From: Eledone cirrhosa
Lineage: Eukaryota
Reading direction: 5' to 3'
Length of the DNA: 64,000 nucleotides
Assembly (NCBI GenBank): GCA_964016885.1
Contig: OZ024744.1
Span: forward strand, 94,240,001-94,304,000
Under the pieces are notes generated by a model that worked only from the letters and a program-made list of their open reading frames with translations, was not told where the DNA came from and made no database searches. Below are positions 1-25,105 of the stretch, piece by piece. Position 1 is the first letter of the stretch. Every line of letters begins with the position of its first letter. Both the position numbers and the translations under genes were made by a program.

Positions 1-168
1 TCTGCTCCTGGGTGTTCAGCCGGTTGGTTTTACCCGTAAAATCTGTCCAGCAATTCTTTCCTGAGACATTCTAACCACACGCCCACAGTATTGGAGCTGT
101 GATCTCTCAATTCTGAGAAGGAGCTGCCCTACCTAGAGTGGCTCTCTGATCTCTGCGCTATGCACTCC
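1..168 (-). mobile_element. Decayed RTE-clade LINE ORF2 C-terminal fragment
   Basis: Minus strand translates GVHSAEIREPL*VGQLLLRIERSQLQYCGRVVRMSQERIAGQILRVKPTG*TPRSR, resembling the RTE C-terminal pattern (LRWxGHVxRM...RPRGRP), with two stops. Confidence 0.65.
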
Positions 169-595
169 ATTGTATTGTTTCCCTAAAAAAAAAAAAATGG
201 ACAATAAAATGCACTCAGTAGATTGCAGGAATGTATGTAAGCAAGATGCAGGCACCCAGCCATCTAGGAGATCTGTAGCTTCTCTTTTGTATTGATTCAG
301 TCTCTGGACACCCCCCACACACAACACTTGTTAGCAAGGAAGATGGATTTTGGATGATGATGATGATGATGTGGGGTGGGTGGGTGGGTGGGTCAGCCAG
401 AGTTAGAGCAGGGTGGCAACAATTTATGAGCTGCTATTACTGCTACAAAAGAATTTTATCTCAAAATGAAAAGGAGATTGTATGATGCTTTTGTGCAAAC
501 ACCAATGATGCATAGTGATGAGATTTGCAGAAATTGGAAGGAAATGAGACATGTCTGTTCCCATGGATTTGTAACAGAGATGTATATGAATAATG

Positions 596-805
596 GTTTC
601 TGATTTAGGCACAGGGCCAGCCATTTTGGGGGAGGGCAAAGTTGATTAAATCGACCCCCAGTGCATTACTGGTGTTTTACTTTATCGACCCCGTAAGGAT
701 GAAAGGCAAAGTTAACCTTAGTGGGATTTTAACTCAGAGCGTAAAGGGACATGACTCTATGCTGAAAAGCATGGTGTCTGACGCTTTATCGATACTGCCA
801 ATCCA
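596..805 (-). mobile_element. tRNA-derived SINE with Meta/MESC-like central domain
   Basis: Minus strand contains TTTGCCTTTCATCCTTACGGGGTCGATAAAGTAAAACACCAGT, matching the MetaSINE/MESC core as I recall it, preceded by a degenerate B-box-like GAGTTAAAATCCC. Flanked by a 10-bp direct repeat ATGAATAATG (586-595, 806-815), a likely TSD. Confidence 0.75.
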
Positions 806-876
806 ATGAATAATGAAGCATCAAAGAACTAAGAGAAATTGGACATAAGAGGGATCAGATGAAGTGTGTTTGGGAG

Positions 877-1368
877 GAGACAGCAATGTACATGTGATGT
901 ATATGGAGGTTAACAGCTATATAAAATGTGAAGTAGCTGGAATCTATGGAAGAAGAAGACCCAGGAGACAGCAATGGCATGAACATGTGATGTATATGGA
1001 GGTTAACAGCTACATAAAATGTGAAGTAGTTGGAATCTATGGAAGAGGAAAACCCAGGAGACAGCAATGGCATGAACATGTGATGTATATGGAGGTTAAC
1101 AGCTACATAAAATGTGAAGTAGTTGGAATCTATGGAAGAGGAAAACCCAGGAGACAGCAATGGCATGAACATGTGATGTATATGTAGGTTAACAGCTACA
1201 TAAAATGTGAAGTAGTTAGAATCTATAGAAGAGGAAAACTCGGGGAAACTTGGGATGATGCTATTGAAGCTAACCTCCCGATGAGCTAAATAAAATGTGA
1301 AGTAGTTGGAATCTATGGAAGAGGAAGACCCAGGGAAACTTGGGATGATCTTATTGAAGCTAACCTCC
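877..1368 (+). repeat. 93-bp minisatellite (4 units) plus an overlapping ~90-bp duplication, derived from RTE coding sequence
   Basis: Units start at 877, 965, 1058 and 1151. The unit translates RRQQWHEHVMYMEVNSYIKCEVVGIYGRGKP, homologous to RRLRWYGHVMRMKVDSCITKC...GRP in the intact copy. Confidence 0.9.
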
Positions 1369-2112
1369 TGCCAAAAGAGATGATACAAGATCAACTTCAT
1401 CAGCAACATTCCGTATTGCTGAAGAAAACCCACCTTTTTATGTGTACAGGATGAAATAAGCATGGAGAGGGTGGTAGTGAAGAAGTGGGACAACACTTAG
1501 ATCCCCACCTGCTAGTTTACATTAATCTCCTTTATACACTATCCACCATCTTAATACTCCCCTGTCTTTATTATCTAAGTACCCAACTTCAAACCCTCCT
1601 CCGCTCACATCTCTCACCTTGTTTGCCAAATTCCTTCCAGCATTGAAAGACAGCCTCCTCTCTCTCTCTCTTCTAGCCCAACCCAACTCATACCAACAAA
1701 CAACGATAGACACACCCTCAGCTTCCACATTCACATTCAACTCATGCGAACATGGAAGGCAAGCTCCTCTGCATGCCATGATAAAATGTTTGGGTGGGCT
1801 TGGGATGAGCATCCAGTCATGGAGGCCATACCAGAAGAGAATATGAACTAGACTTAACCACCTGTTCAGCCTAGCCTCAGAGCATGACAGATGTTTAACG
1901 ACGTTGTATTCCCTTCCTATCCCTTGACTTATCCCCGATACACCTTTCTCGTATATAACCTGTGCATGGAAAACTATGCAGTGTGTTACAATCTAATGAG
2001 GTACTGAAACAACTGCGGCATTTTTAACTGGGTGAAACCTACTTCAATTATGTTAAAAGTTAAACTGATGTAGAAAAAGATGAGATTATATGTGTGTGTG
2101 TGTACAACCAAT

Positions 2113-2217
2113 ACACACTGTAAATATGGTTGGCATTAGGAAGGGCTTCCAGCTGTAGAAACCAAGCCAGATGCCTGTCATCTGATCTGACCCATGCTAG
2201 CATGGAAAAAGGGACGT

Positions 2218-2219
<2 letters not shown>
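2113..2219 (+). mobile_element. Short 3' end of an RTE LINE or RTE-tailed SINE
   Basis: CACTGTAAATATGGTTGGCATTAGGAAGGGC...CCATGCTAGCATGGAAAAAGGGACGTTA; the same blocks end the RTE copies elsewhere in the window. Confidence 0.75.
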
Positions 2220-2250
<31 letters not shown>

Positions 2251-2481
2251 ATATATATATTATATATTATATATATTATATATATATATATATTATATAT
2301 ATTATTTATATATATATTATATATATTATATATATATATATTATATATATATTATATATATATTATATATATATTATATATATATTATATATATATTATA
2401 TATATATTATATATATATATTATATATATATATATATATTATATATATTATATATATATATATTATATATATAATATATAT

Positions 2482-2512
<31 letters not shown>

Positions 2513-2883
2513 ATATATATTATATATATATATATATATTATATATATTATATATATATATATATTATATATATATATATATTATATATATTATATATAT
2601 ATTATATATATATTATATATATATTATATATATTATATATATTATATATATATTATATATATATTATATATATTATATATATATATATATTATATATATA
2701 TATATATTATATATATTATATATATATTATATATATATATATATTATATATATTATATATATATATATATTATATATATTATATATATATATATATTATA
2801 TATATTATATATATATATATATTATATATATTATATATATATATATATTATATATATTATATATATATATATATTATATATAT

Positions 2884-2915
<32 letters not shown>

Positions 2916-3016
2916 TATATATATATATATATTATATATATTATATATATATATATATATTATATATATATATATATATTATATATATTATATATATATA
3001 TATATATTATATATAT

Positions 3017-3069
<53 letters not shown>

Positions 3070-3227
3070 TATATTATATATATTATATATATATATATAT
3101 ATTATATATATATATATATATTATATATATTATATATATATATATATTATATATATTATATATATATATATATTATATATATTATATATATATATATATT
3201 ATATATATTATATATATATATATATAT

Positions 3228-3297
<70 letters not shown>

Positions 3298-3657
3298 TAT
3301 ATATATATATATATATTATATATATATATATATATTATATATATTATATATATATATATATTATATATATTATATATATATATTATATATATATATATAT
3401 TATATATATATATATATTATATATATTATATATATATATATATTATATATTTATATATATTATATATATATATATATTATATATATTATATATTATATAT
3501 ATATATATATTATATATATTATATATATATATATATTATATATATTATATATATATATATATTATATATATATATATATTATATATATATATATTATATA
3601 TATATTATATATATTATATATATTATATATTATATATATTATATATATTATATATTA

Positions 3658-3700
<43 letters not shown>

Positions 3701-4700
3701 TATATATATTATATATTATATTATATATATTATATATTATATTATATATATTATATATATTATATATATTAAATATATTATATATATATATATATATTAT
3801 ATATATATATATATATTATATATATTATATATATATATATATTATATATATATATATATTATATATATTATATATATATATATATTATATATATTATATA
3901 TATATATATTATATATTATATATATATATATTATATATTATATATATATATATTATATATATTATATATATATATATATTATATATATTATATATATATA
4001 TATATTATATATATATATATATTATATATATATTATATATATTATATATATATATATATTATATATATTATATATATATATATATTATATATATTATATA
4101 TATTATATATATATATATATTATATATATTATATATATATATATATTATATATATATATATATTATATATATATTATATATATTATATATATATATTATA
4201 TATATATATTATATATATTATATATATATTATATATATTATATATATTATATATATATATATATTATATATATTATATATATATTATATATATTATATAT
4301 ATTATATATATATATATATTATATATATTATATATATTATATATATATATATTATATATATATATATATTATATTATATTATATATATATATTATATATA
4401 TTATATATATATTATATATATTATATATATATATATATTATATATATTATATATATATATATTATATATATATATATATTATATATATTATATATATATA
4501 TATATTATATATATTATATATATATTATATATATTATATATATATATTATATATATTATATATATATATATATTATATATATATATATATTATATATATA
4601 TATATATTATATATATTATATATATATATATATTATATATATTATATATATATATATATTATATATATTATATATATATATATATATATTATATATATTA
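2219..4700. repeat. Pure A/T microsatellite array, (TA)n interrupted by TT (unit (TA)xTTA)
   Basis: About 2.5 kb with no G or C seen. Confidence 0.97.
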
Positions 4701-5612
4701 TACAGCAGTGTTAGTCCAGGGTAGTACAATAAGCAAGGCAATCAAAGATATGAAGACGGGTAAGGCGGCTGGTCCTTCGGAAATAGTTGCTGAGATGCTG
4801 AAGGCATCTGGTTCGGTGGGACACACCATGGTCACCCGGATAGTTAACCAAGTCGTACAGAATGGGGTTGTTCCGAAGGACTGGCGTAGCAGCATCATCG
4901 TTAACTGCTATAAGGGAAAAGGAGATGCCCTAGATAGGAGTAACTATAGAGGCATTAAATTAATCGACCAGGTCATGAAGGTCACGGAAAAAGTAATAGC
5001 ACAACTAATCAGAGAGAGAATTGATCTAGATGAAATGCAGTTCGGGTTTGTGTCAGGCAAAAGTACCACAGACGCTCTTTTCATTGTACGACAACTACAA
5101 GAGAAGTACCTAGCTAAAAGTAAACCCCTATACTTAGCTTTCGTCGACTTGGAGAAAGCCTTCGACAGAGTCCCCCGTTCCATTATCTGGTGGTCTCTTA
5201 GAAAACTAGGTGTTAACGAATGGCTTGTGAGAGCTATACAAGCCATGTATAAAGAAACAGTCAGTAAGGTTAGAATTAACAACGAATATAGTGAAGAGTT
5301 TAGCGTAAAAGTTGGTGTCCATCAGGGCTCTGTTCTTAGCCCCCTACTATTTATTATTGCCCTTCAGGCTATAACAGAGGAGTTCAAGACCGGCTGCCCA
5401 TGGGAACTCCTATACGCAGATGATCTAACGCTCATAGCTGAATCAATGACCGAACTAGAGAAGAAATTCCAAACATGGAAGCACGGCCTAGAATCAAAAG
5501 GCCTTAAAATTAACCTGGCTAAGACTAAAGTTCTAGTTTGTAGGAAAGAAAATAAGGCGGCAGTCCCATCTGGGAAATGGCCATGCTCAGTGTGTAGGAA
5601 AGGCGTAGGTAG
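4701..5612 (+). mobile_element. RTE-clade LINE family A, 5'-truncated reverse transcriptase fragment running into the assembly gap
   Basis: Open frame with KAAGP, YKGKGD..DRSNYRGIKL, QFGF, FVDLEKAFDRV, GVHQGSVLSPLLF, LLYADD, GLKINLAKTK. Confidence 0.95.
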
Positions 5613-5812
5613 NNNNNNNNNNNNNNNNNNNNNNNNNNNNNNNNNNNNNNNNNNNNNNNNNNNNNNNNNNNNNNNNNNNNNNNNNNNNNNNNNNNNNNNN
5701 NNNNNNNNNNNNNNNNNNNNNNNNNNNNNNNNNNNNNNNNNNNNNNNNNNNNNNNNNNNNNNNNNNNNNNNNNNNNNNNNNNNNNNNNNNNNNNNNNNNN
5801 NNNNNNNNNNNN
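5613..5812. other. Assembly gap (200 N)
   Basis: Run of exactly 200 N; contiguity across it is not guaranteed. Confidence 0.99.
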
Positions 5813-7224
5813 CCCCTTTAAAACGACCTTGACTCATTACGCATTGGTGCCAGTGTATCGAGAATGAGGCGTGAAAGGTGTGTACACATAAACACCTGAT
5901 GACATAGCTATACGAACACAAACATATAAATGTTTGTATATATAGTCTTGAAACAAAACACACATACTTACATACTCATTCACTCACTCATAGAACACGT
6001 GCACAGATTGAAATAACAGAATATGCACACATTTATTTCTCAGTACACACGCTGACAACTATATATTATATATATAAATACTGAAGTATAAGTAGCTTTT
6101 GTACAGTGTGCGTGCGTACGTACGTAAAATGTAAGATTAATAATAATGCCATGACATGATAATTGATGTTTCTAACAAATGTAATGTCTTTGACTCTTCG
6201 TGAAAAGTTGAGAGAGACATAGAGATAGATACGAATGAGTGAACAAAAAACCAGGCTAGTTGTGTTACGTTGTTTCTTATTGTAATATATACACACACAC
6301 ACATATATATATATAATATTTCACGGAGTTTATCAGTTGGAAGACCAATTAGAAATTAACAACAACAACAAATAATAACGAAAAAGAAGAAAATAATAAT
6401 AACAAAACACCCCAAAATAACAACAAATCTATATATAAATATATAAATAAAAGCAAAGTAAAAAAGGAAAAGAATAAAGAGAGTGAAAAGAGAAAGGGTA
6501 CCGATTAAACCAGTTCTCTATTTTTTGCTATTTAATAATAACCTTGTGCAAATATTGTGTAGGTCACATTTATTTCATTTTGCTCTTGTTATATTCTTTG
6601 TTTCCATTGAACTGTGGTGGTTTTTCCCTCTCTTCAAACTTTTTTTTTCACATTATAATTTGCATCCATTATTCAATGGAACCTGTTTGAAGGAAAATCT
6701 GTTTCACAGACATTTAGTTAATTAATACTGGAGATCAGTGAGTGTTTTCTTTTTATATTTTTATTATTATTTCTTGTTCCTTTTATTATATTTAAACAAT
6801 TTTTTAAAAATGTCTTTTCTATTTTGATAATTCACATGAACATTGTATATGTATATTTGCAACGTATTTGCTTAAAACAAACACACACATATGTTTTAAT
6901 CTTGATTTATGTTTTTACTTCAATTTTAACCTCTATTAGAAAGAAAAAAAAATTTAATTTAATTTAAATTGAGATTTGTTTCGTGAGTATGAAAAAACCC
7001 ATCAAAAACCAACCCCAAACATTTATTAACGATATATTGTTGCTTCATTGTAAGCATATTTCCATTATCAACAATATGATTACGATAATAACCATTATCA
7101 ACTGATTATAATCAATGCAGACGGAAAATATCTTTTCCACCTGTAATTTCGTTTTCGAAATGAAATTTCCTCAGTTTTTAGCAATTTACGCCCTATTCTA
7201 TCTGACTAATATATGTCTGCGAGT

Positions 7225-8531
7225 GTGTGTGTATGTATATATATATAAATGAAAGGTATGTGTATGTAATATATATTTATATACATATATGTAATATATA
7301 TATATATATATATATACACTTATATAATATGTGTATGTAATATATATTTATATACATATATGTAATATATATATATACACTTATATAATGTGTATGTAAT
7401 ATATATTTATATGCATATATGTAATATATATATATATACACTTATATAATATGTGTATGTAATATATATTTCTATGCATATATACACTTACATAATGTGT
7501 ATGTAATATGTATATATACATATATATATATAGATAGATATAGATATATATATATAAATACACGTATATGTAATATGTATAAGGAATATAACAAATAAAT
7601 ATATATATAAATACACGTATATGTAATATGTTTATGGAATATAACAAATATATATATATATATAAATACACGTATATATAATATGTGTATGTAATATAAC
7701 AAATATATATATATACACTACACACACTCATTACATATATATATAAATACACGTATATATAAATACACGTATATGTAATATGTGTATGTAATATAACAAA
7801 TATATATATATACACTACACACACTCATTACATTTATATATACATACACGTATATGTAATATGTGTATGTAATGTATCAAATATACATATACACACACTC
7901 ATTACATATATATAAATACATGTATATGTAATATGTGTATGTAATGTATCAAATATATATATACATATACACACTCATATATATATATATACACAAACAT
8001 ATTACACACATATATAGATATGTATATGTATGTATATATATGTAAAGTGTATATGTATGTATATATATGTAAAGTGTATATGTATGTATATATATGTAAA
8101 GTGTATATGTATGTATATATATGTAAAGTGTATATGTATGTATATATATGTAAAGTGTATATGTATGTATATATATGTAAAGTGTGTATATATGTATATA
8201 ATGAGTGTATATATATGTATATGAGTGTATATAATGTATGTATGTATATTTGTAATTTGTATGTATATTTGGAATTTGTATGTACATATGGAATTTGTAT
8301 GTACATATGGAATTTGTATGTACATATGGAATTTGTATGTACATATGTAATCTATATGTACATGTATATCTATGTAATGTGTGTGTGTGTATATTTGTAT
8401 ATATGTATATACATATATATATATACATAAATACAAATATACACGTGTGTGTATGTATATATATATATGTCATATGTATATGTACATTTATATATGTTAT
8501 GTGTGTGTATATATATTTATATATATATGTA

Positions 8532-8575
<44 letters not shown>
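7225..8575. repeat. Compound TA/CA/TG microsatellite with short higher-order units
   Basis: Example: ~27-bp unit TGTAAAGTGTATATGTATGTATATATA repeated at ~8040-8190; GGAATTTGTATGTACATAT repeated at ~8270-8345. Confidence 0.9.
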
Positions 8576-8581
<6 letters not shown>

Positions 8582-8664
8582 ATACTTTGGGAGGGTCATG
8601 TTGCTAATATCGGTTTCAACACACGTTTTCAAATAAAGATTCTTGCTAAACAAATTCAGAAACG

Positions 8665-8667
<3 letters not shown>
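8576..8667 (-). mobile_element. Short island ending in the shared terminal motif CATGACCCTCCCAAAGTATAACAAT (probable Penelope-like element tail)
   Basis: Same motif ends the Penelope-like element at 45036-45060 and islands at 60588 and 62120. Confidence 0.6.
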
Positions 8668-8714
<47 letters not shown>

Positions 8715-8928
8715 ATGAAATGTGTGTGCGCGTATATATTTATATATATGTGTGAATATGAAATATGTGTGTGTGCGCGTATATATTTATGTATGTATAT
8801 ATATGAGATGTGTGTGTGTATATGTTTATATGTATATATATGAAATGTGTGTGTGTGTATATATTTATATATATGTATGTATATATATATATCTATATAT
8901 ATATATGTATGTGTGTGTGTATGTGTGT

Positions 8929-9080
8929 AATAACACAAACGGTACAATATATATGAGGAATATATTAGTTTAACGCTTAAAATCGCAAGAAGAGGCTCTT
9001 AAGGTTTCGGATGTTAGTCCTTCATCAGAAGGAAGAATGAGGAATTAGAAAGGTTGAAGGGAGAGGCAGGGCAGAATATT
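8929..9080 (-). mobile_element. Penelope-type terminal-repeat fragment with degenerate minimal hammerhead core
   Basis: Minus strand CTT-CTGATGA-A-GGA-CTAACA-TCC-GAAA-CCTT-AAG around 9000-9031. Confidence 0.5.
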
Positions 9081-21035
<11,955 letters not shown>

Positions 21036-22325
21036 ATGGAAGCACGGCCTAGAGTCAAAAGGACTTAAAATTAACCTGGCTAAGACCAAAGTTCTAGTTT
21101 GTAGGAAAGAAAACAAGGCGGCGGTCCCTTCTGGGAAATGGTCGTGCTCGGTGTGTAGGAAAGGCGTAGGTAGAAACTCCATTTTATGTCTTAAATGCAA
21201 AGTATGGGTGCATAAAAGATGTAGTGGGATCACAGGTAAGCTAACTAAGAACATAGATTTTACATGTGGCCGGTGTTCTGGTGCAATAAGTAGCAGCAAG
21301 TGCCCACAAAATACTAGCTCTTTCAATTGCGCAGAGGGGTCTATAGAAATAGTGGACAGCTTCCATTACCTGGGCGATAAAATCAGCAGTGGGGAGGGTG
21401 CTCTGAAAGTACGGTAGCTAGAGTCAGAACTGGTTGGAAAAAGTTCAGAGAGCTTATACCACTATTAGCTGCTAAAGGATTCTCCCTAAAAATGAAAGGC
21501 AGGTTGTACGATGCCTGCATACGAACAGCAATGTTGCATGGCAGTGAGACCTGGGCATTGTGTGCAGAGGATATACGCAGACTAGAGAGGAACGAAGCTT
21601 GCATGCTCCGCTGGATGTGTAACAGTAATATATGTGAACGGCAAAGCAGAAACGAACTAAGGAAAAAATTAGAGATAAGAGGGATCAGATGTTATTTACT
21701 CGAGAGAAGGCTACGTTGGTATGGACACGTGATGCGCATGAAAGTCGATAGCTGTATAACAAAGTGCAGGGCAATAAAGATAGACGGTAGTCACGGAATA
21801 GGCAGACCCAGAAAAACCTGGGACGAGCTGATAAACTCCGACATCACACACTTACACCTCTCCAAGACAATGTCACTGGACCGAGACCTTTGGCGGTACT
21901 CAGTAATAGAGAAGACCCGCCTTACCTAAATACATATAGTAAAACCTACTCCAGCCAGTAGGCATCTCTAACAAAATACACCCCGTCCCACCACCACCAC
22001 CCCCACCCCATCCACACCACCCCCGTTCTATGTAAAGTTATGTTGGTGCCGCGCCATCCAGGCCGAAACAAATGAGATTGTGTAGGTGTCACGACAAAAA
22101 AACACACAGTCCACGCTGTAATGTGGCCGTGTAGGCAACACGGTAAAAACCTCCCAGACACACACTGTAAATGTGGTTGGTGTTAGGAAGGGCATCCAAC
22201 TGTAGAAAACCTGCCAGACAGTCCTATGCGAGCAAGACAATCACTCTTGCCTCAAGTGGGACTACCCCCGTCCAAACCCATGCAAGCGTGGAACACGGAC
22301 GTTAAACGTTGATGATGATGATGAT
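21036..22325 (+). mobile_element. RTE-clade LINE family A, 5'-truncated: RT end, PHD-type finger, C-terminus, 3' UTR, (GAT)n tail
   Basis: Overlaps the 4701 copy at high identity (WKHGLESKGLKINLAKTKVL); FHYLG, MLHGSETW, RRLRWYGHVMRM, GRPRKTW; one frameshift near 21391; stop at 21929. Confidence 0.95.
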
Positions 22326-22580
22326 TATGTATATGTAATATATATGTATATGTAATATATATATATATGTACATGTAATATATATATATATATATATATA
22401 TGTAATATGTATATATATATATATGTATATGTAATATGTATATATATATGTAATATGTATATATATATGTAATATGTATATATATATGTATATGTAATAT
22501 ATATATATGTAATATATGTTTCTATATATGTATATATATGTATGTATATATATGTATATATATATATATGTATATATATG

Positions 22581-22611
<31 letters not shown>

Positions 22612-22788
22612 GTATATATATGTATATATATGTATATATGTATATATATATATGTATATATATGTATATATGTATATATATATATGTATATATATGTATA
22701 TATATATATGTATATATATGTATATATATATATGTATATATATGTATATATGTATATGTATATATGTATATATGTATATGTATATATG

Positions 22789-22819
<31 letters not shown>

Positions 22820-23834
22820 GTATATATGTATATGTATATATGTATATATGTATATATGTATATATGTATATATGTATATATATATATGTATATATGTATA
22901 TGTATATATGTATATATGTATATATATATGTGTGTATATGTATATATGTATATATATGTATATATGTATATATATGTATATATATGTATATATATGTATA
23001 TATGTATATATATGTATATATATGTATATATATATGTATATATATGTATATGTATATATGTGTATATGTATATATGTATATATATATATATGTATATATG
23101 TATATATATATATATGTATATATGTATATGTATATATGTATATATGTATATATGTATATATGTATATATATATATGTATATATGTATATGTATATATGTA
23201 TATATGTATATATATATGTGTGTATATGTATATATGTATATATAAGTATATATGTATATATATGTATATATATGTATATATATGTATATATGTATATATG
23301 TATATGTATATATGTATATATGTATATATGTATATATGTATATATATATATGTATATATGTATATGTGTATATGTATATATGTATATATATATGTGTGTA
23401 TATGTATATATGTATATATATGTATATATGTATATATATATATATATATGTATATATATGTATATATATATATATGTATATATATGTATATATATATATA
23501 TATGTATATATATGTATATATATGTATATATATGTATATATATGTATATGTATATGTATATATATATGTATATATATATATATATGTATATATATGTATA
23601 TATATATATGTATATATATATGTATATATATATATGTATATATATATATGTATATATATGTATATATATATATGTATATATATATGTATATATATGTATA
23701 TATATATGTATATATATGTATATATATGTGTATATATATGTATATATATGTGTATATATATGTATATATATGTATATATATATGTATATATATATGTATA
23801 TATATGTATATGTATATATATATATATGTATATG
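22326..23834. repeat. (TA)n/TATG microsatellite array
   Basis: Direct reading. Confidence 0.95.
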
Positions 23835-24120
23835 TATTTATTAAAATAACAGATTAAAGTTTAAGCAAAGAATCGCTGCTTTCACCCTTAACGGGATCTT
23901 CTTAAACTAACAAAGTCAATCTGTAAACGCAGGTTCTGCATTTACAGATTGACTTTGTTAGTTTAAGAAGATCCCGTTAAGGGTGAAAGCAGCGATTCTT
24001 TGCTTAAACTTTAATCTGTTATTTTAATAAATATTTGCTCTTCGGTTCTTATATATTTGATATATATTTTCCTTATCGAGCCCTCTCTGGATTTTAGTCT
24101 TCAATTTTATTATTATTACT
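23835..24120. mobile_element. Fold-back island: ~98-bp inverted repeat (23835-24033) plus ~85-bp tail; probable inverted Penelope-type terminal repeat
   Basis: Arms are complementary except one mismatch (23928/23940), with a 3-nt loop GTT. The arm contains a hammerhead-like fold and AATAAA. Confidence 0.65.
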
Positions 24121-24177
24121 ATATATATATGTATATATATATATGTATATATATATGTATATATATATATATATATA

Positions 24178-24844
24178 TCATCATCATCATCATCATCATC
24201 AGGTTTAGCGTCCGTGTTCCACGCTTGCATGGGTTTGGACGGGGGTTTTCCCACTTGAGGCAAGAGTTGTTGTCTTGCTCGCATAGGACCGTCTGGCGGG
24301 TTTTCTACAGTTGGATGCCCTTCCTAACACCAACCACATTTACAGTGTGGGGCTGGGAGGCCTTTACCGTGTTGCCTACACGGCCACATTACAGCGTGGA
24401 CTGTCTGGCGGGTTTTCTACAGCTGGATGCCCTTCCTAACACCAACCACATTTACAGTGTGGGGCTGGGAGGTTTTTACCGTGTTGCCTACACGGCCACA
24501 TTTACAGCGTGGACTGTGTGTTTTTTGTCGTGACACCTACACGATCTCATTTGTTTCGGCCTGGATGTTGTGGGACCAACATAACTTTACATTGAAAGGG
24601 CCGGTGTGGGTGGGGTGGAGGTGGTGGGACGGGGGTGTGTTTTGATAGAGATGCCTACTGACTGTAGTAAGTTTTTACTTTGTATTTAGGTAAGGCGGGT
24701 CTTCTCTATTACTGAGTACCGCCAAAGGTCTCGGTCCAGTGACATTGTCTTGGAGAGGTGTAAGCGTGTGAGGTCGGAATTTATCAGCTCGTCCCATGTT
24801 TTTCTGGGTCTGCCTACTCCGTGGCTACCGTCTATCTTTATTGC
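24178..24844 (-). mobile_element. RTE family A 3' end with internal 112-bp tandem duplication
   Basis: Reverse complement of ~21772-22325; duplicated unit 24291-24402 and 24403-24515. Confidence 0.92.
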
Positions 24845-24853
24845 ATATATATG

Positions 24854-24900
<47 letters not shown>

Positions 24901-25105
24901 GTATATATATGTGTATATATGTGTATATATATGTGTATATATATGTATATATATATATATGTATATATATATGTATATATATATGTATATATATATGTAT
25001 ATATATATATGTATATATATATGTATATATATATATGTATATATATGTATATATATATATATGTATATATATATGTATATATATATATATGTATATAAAT
25101 ATATG

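Larger units (their letters stand above)
396..1905 (+). mobile_element. Old, heavily decayed RTE LINE 3' portion (ORF2 C-terminus plus 3' UTR), interrupted by a SINE and internally duplicated
   Basis: Colinear similarity to the young copy at 21036-22325: remnants of ARVRAGW, MKxRLYDA, SIKELR, LDIRGIR, GRPRETWDDLI and KKTHL, then a pyrimidine-rich UTR and a degenerate 3'-end block near 1790-1905. Confidence 0.7.

Noticed and set aside
855-1496. 213-aa repetitive minus-strand ORF as a host gene
   Set aside because: It is the antisense of the RTE-derived minisatellite.
2194-5832. 1212-aa ORF fusing a YI-repeat region to an RT
   Set aside because: Chance in-frame junction of a stop-free array with a truncated LINE, extended through the N gap.
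24315-24362. Twister ribozyme in the RTE 3' UTR block (CCTAACAC...GGGAGG)
   Set aside because: Superficial similarity only; I could not fit the GUCCCAAGC loop or both pseudoknots on either strand.
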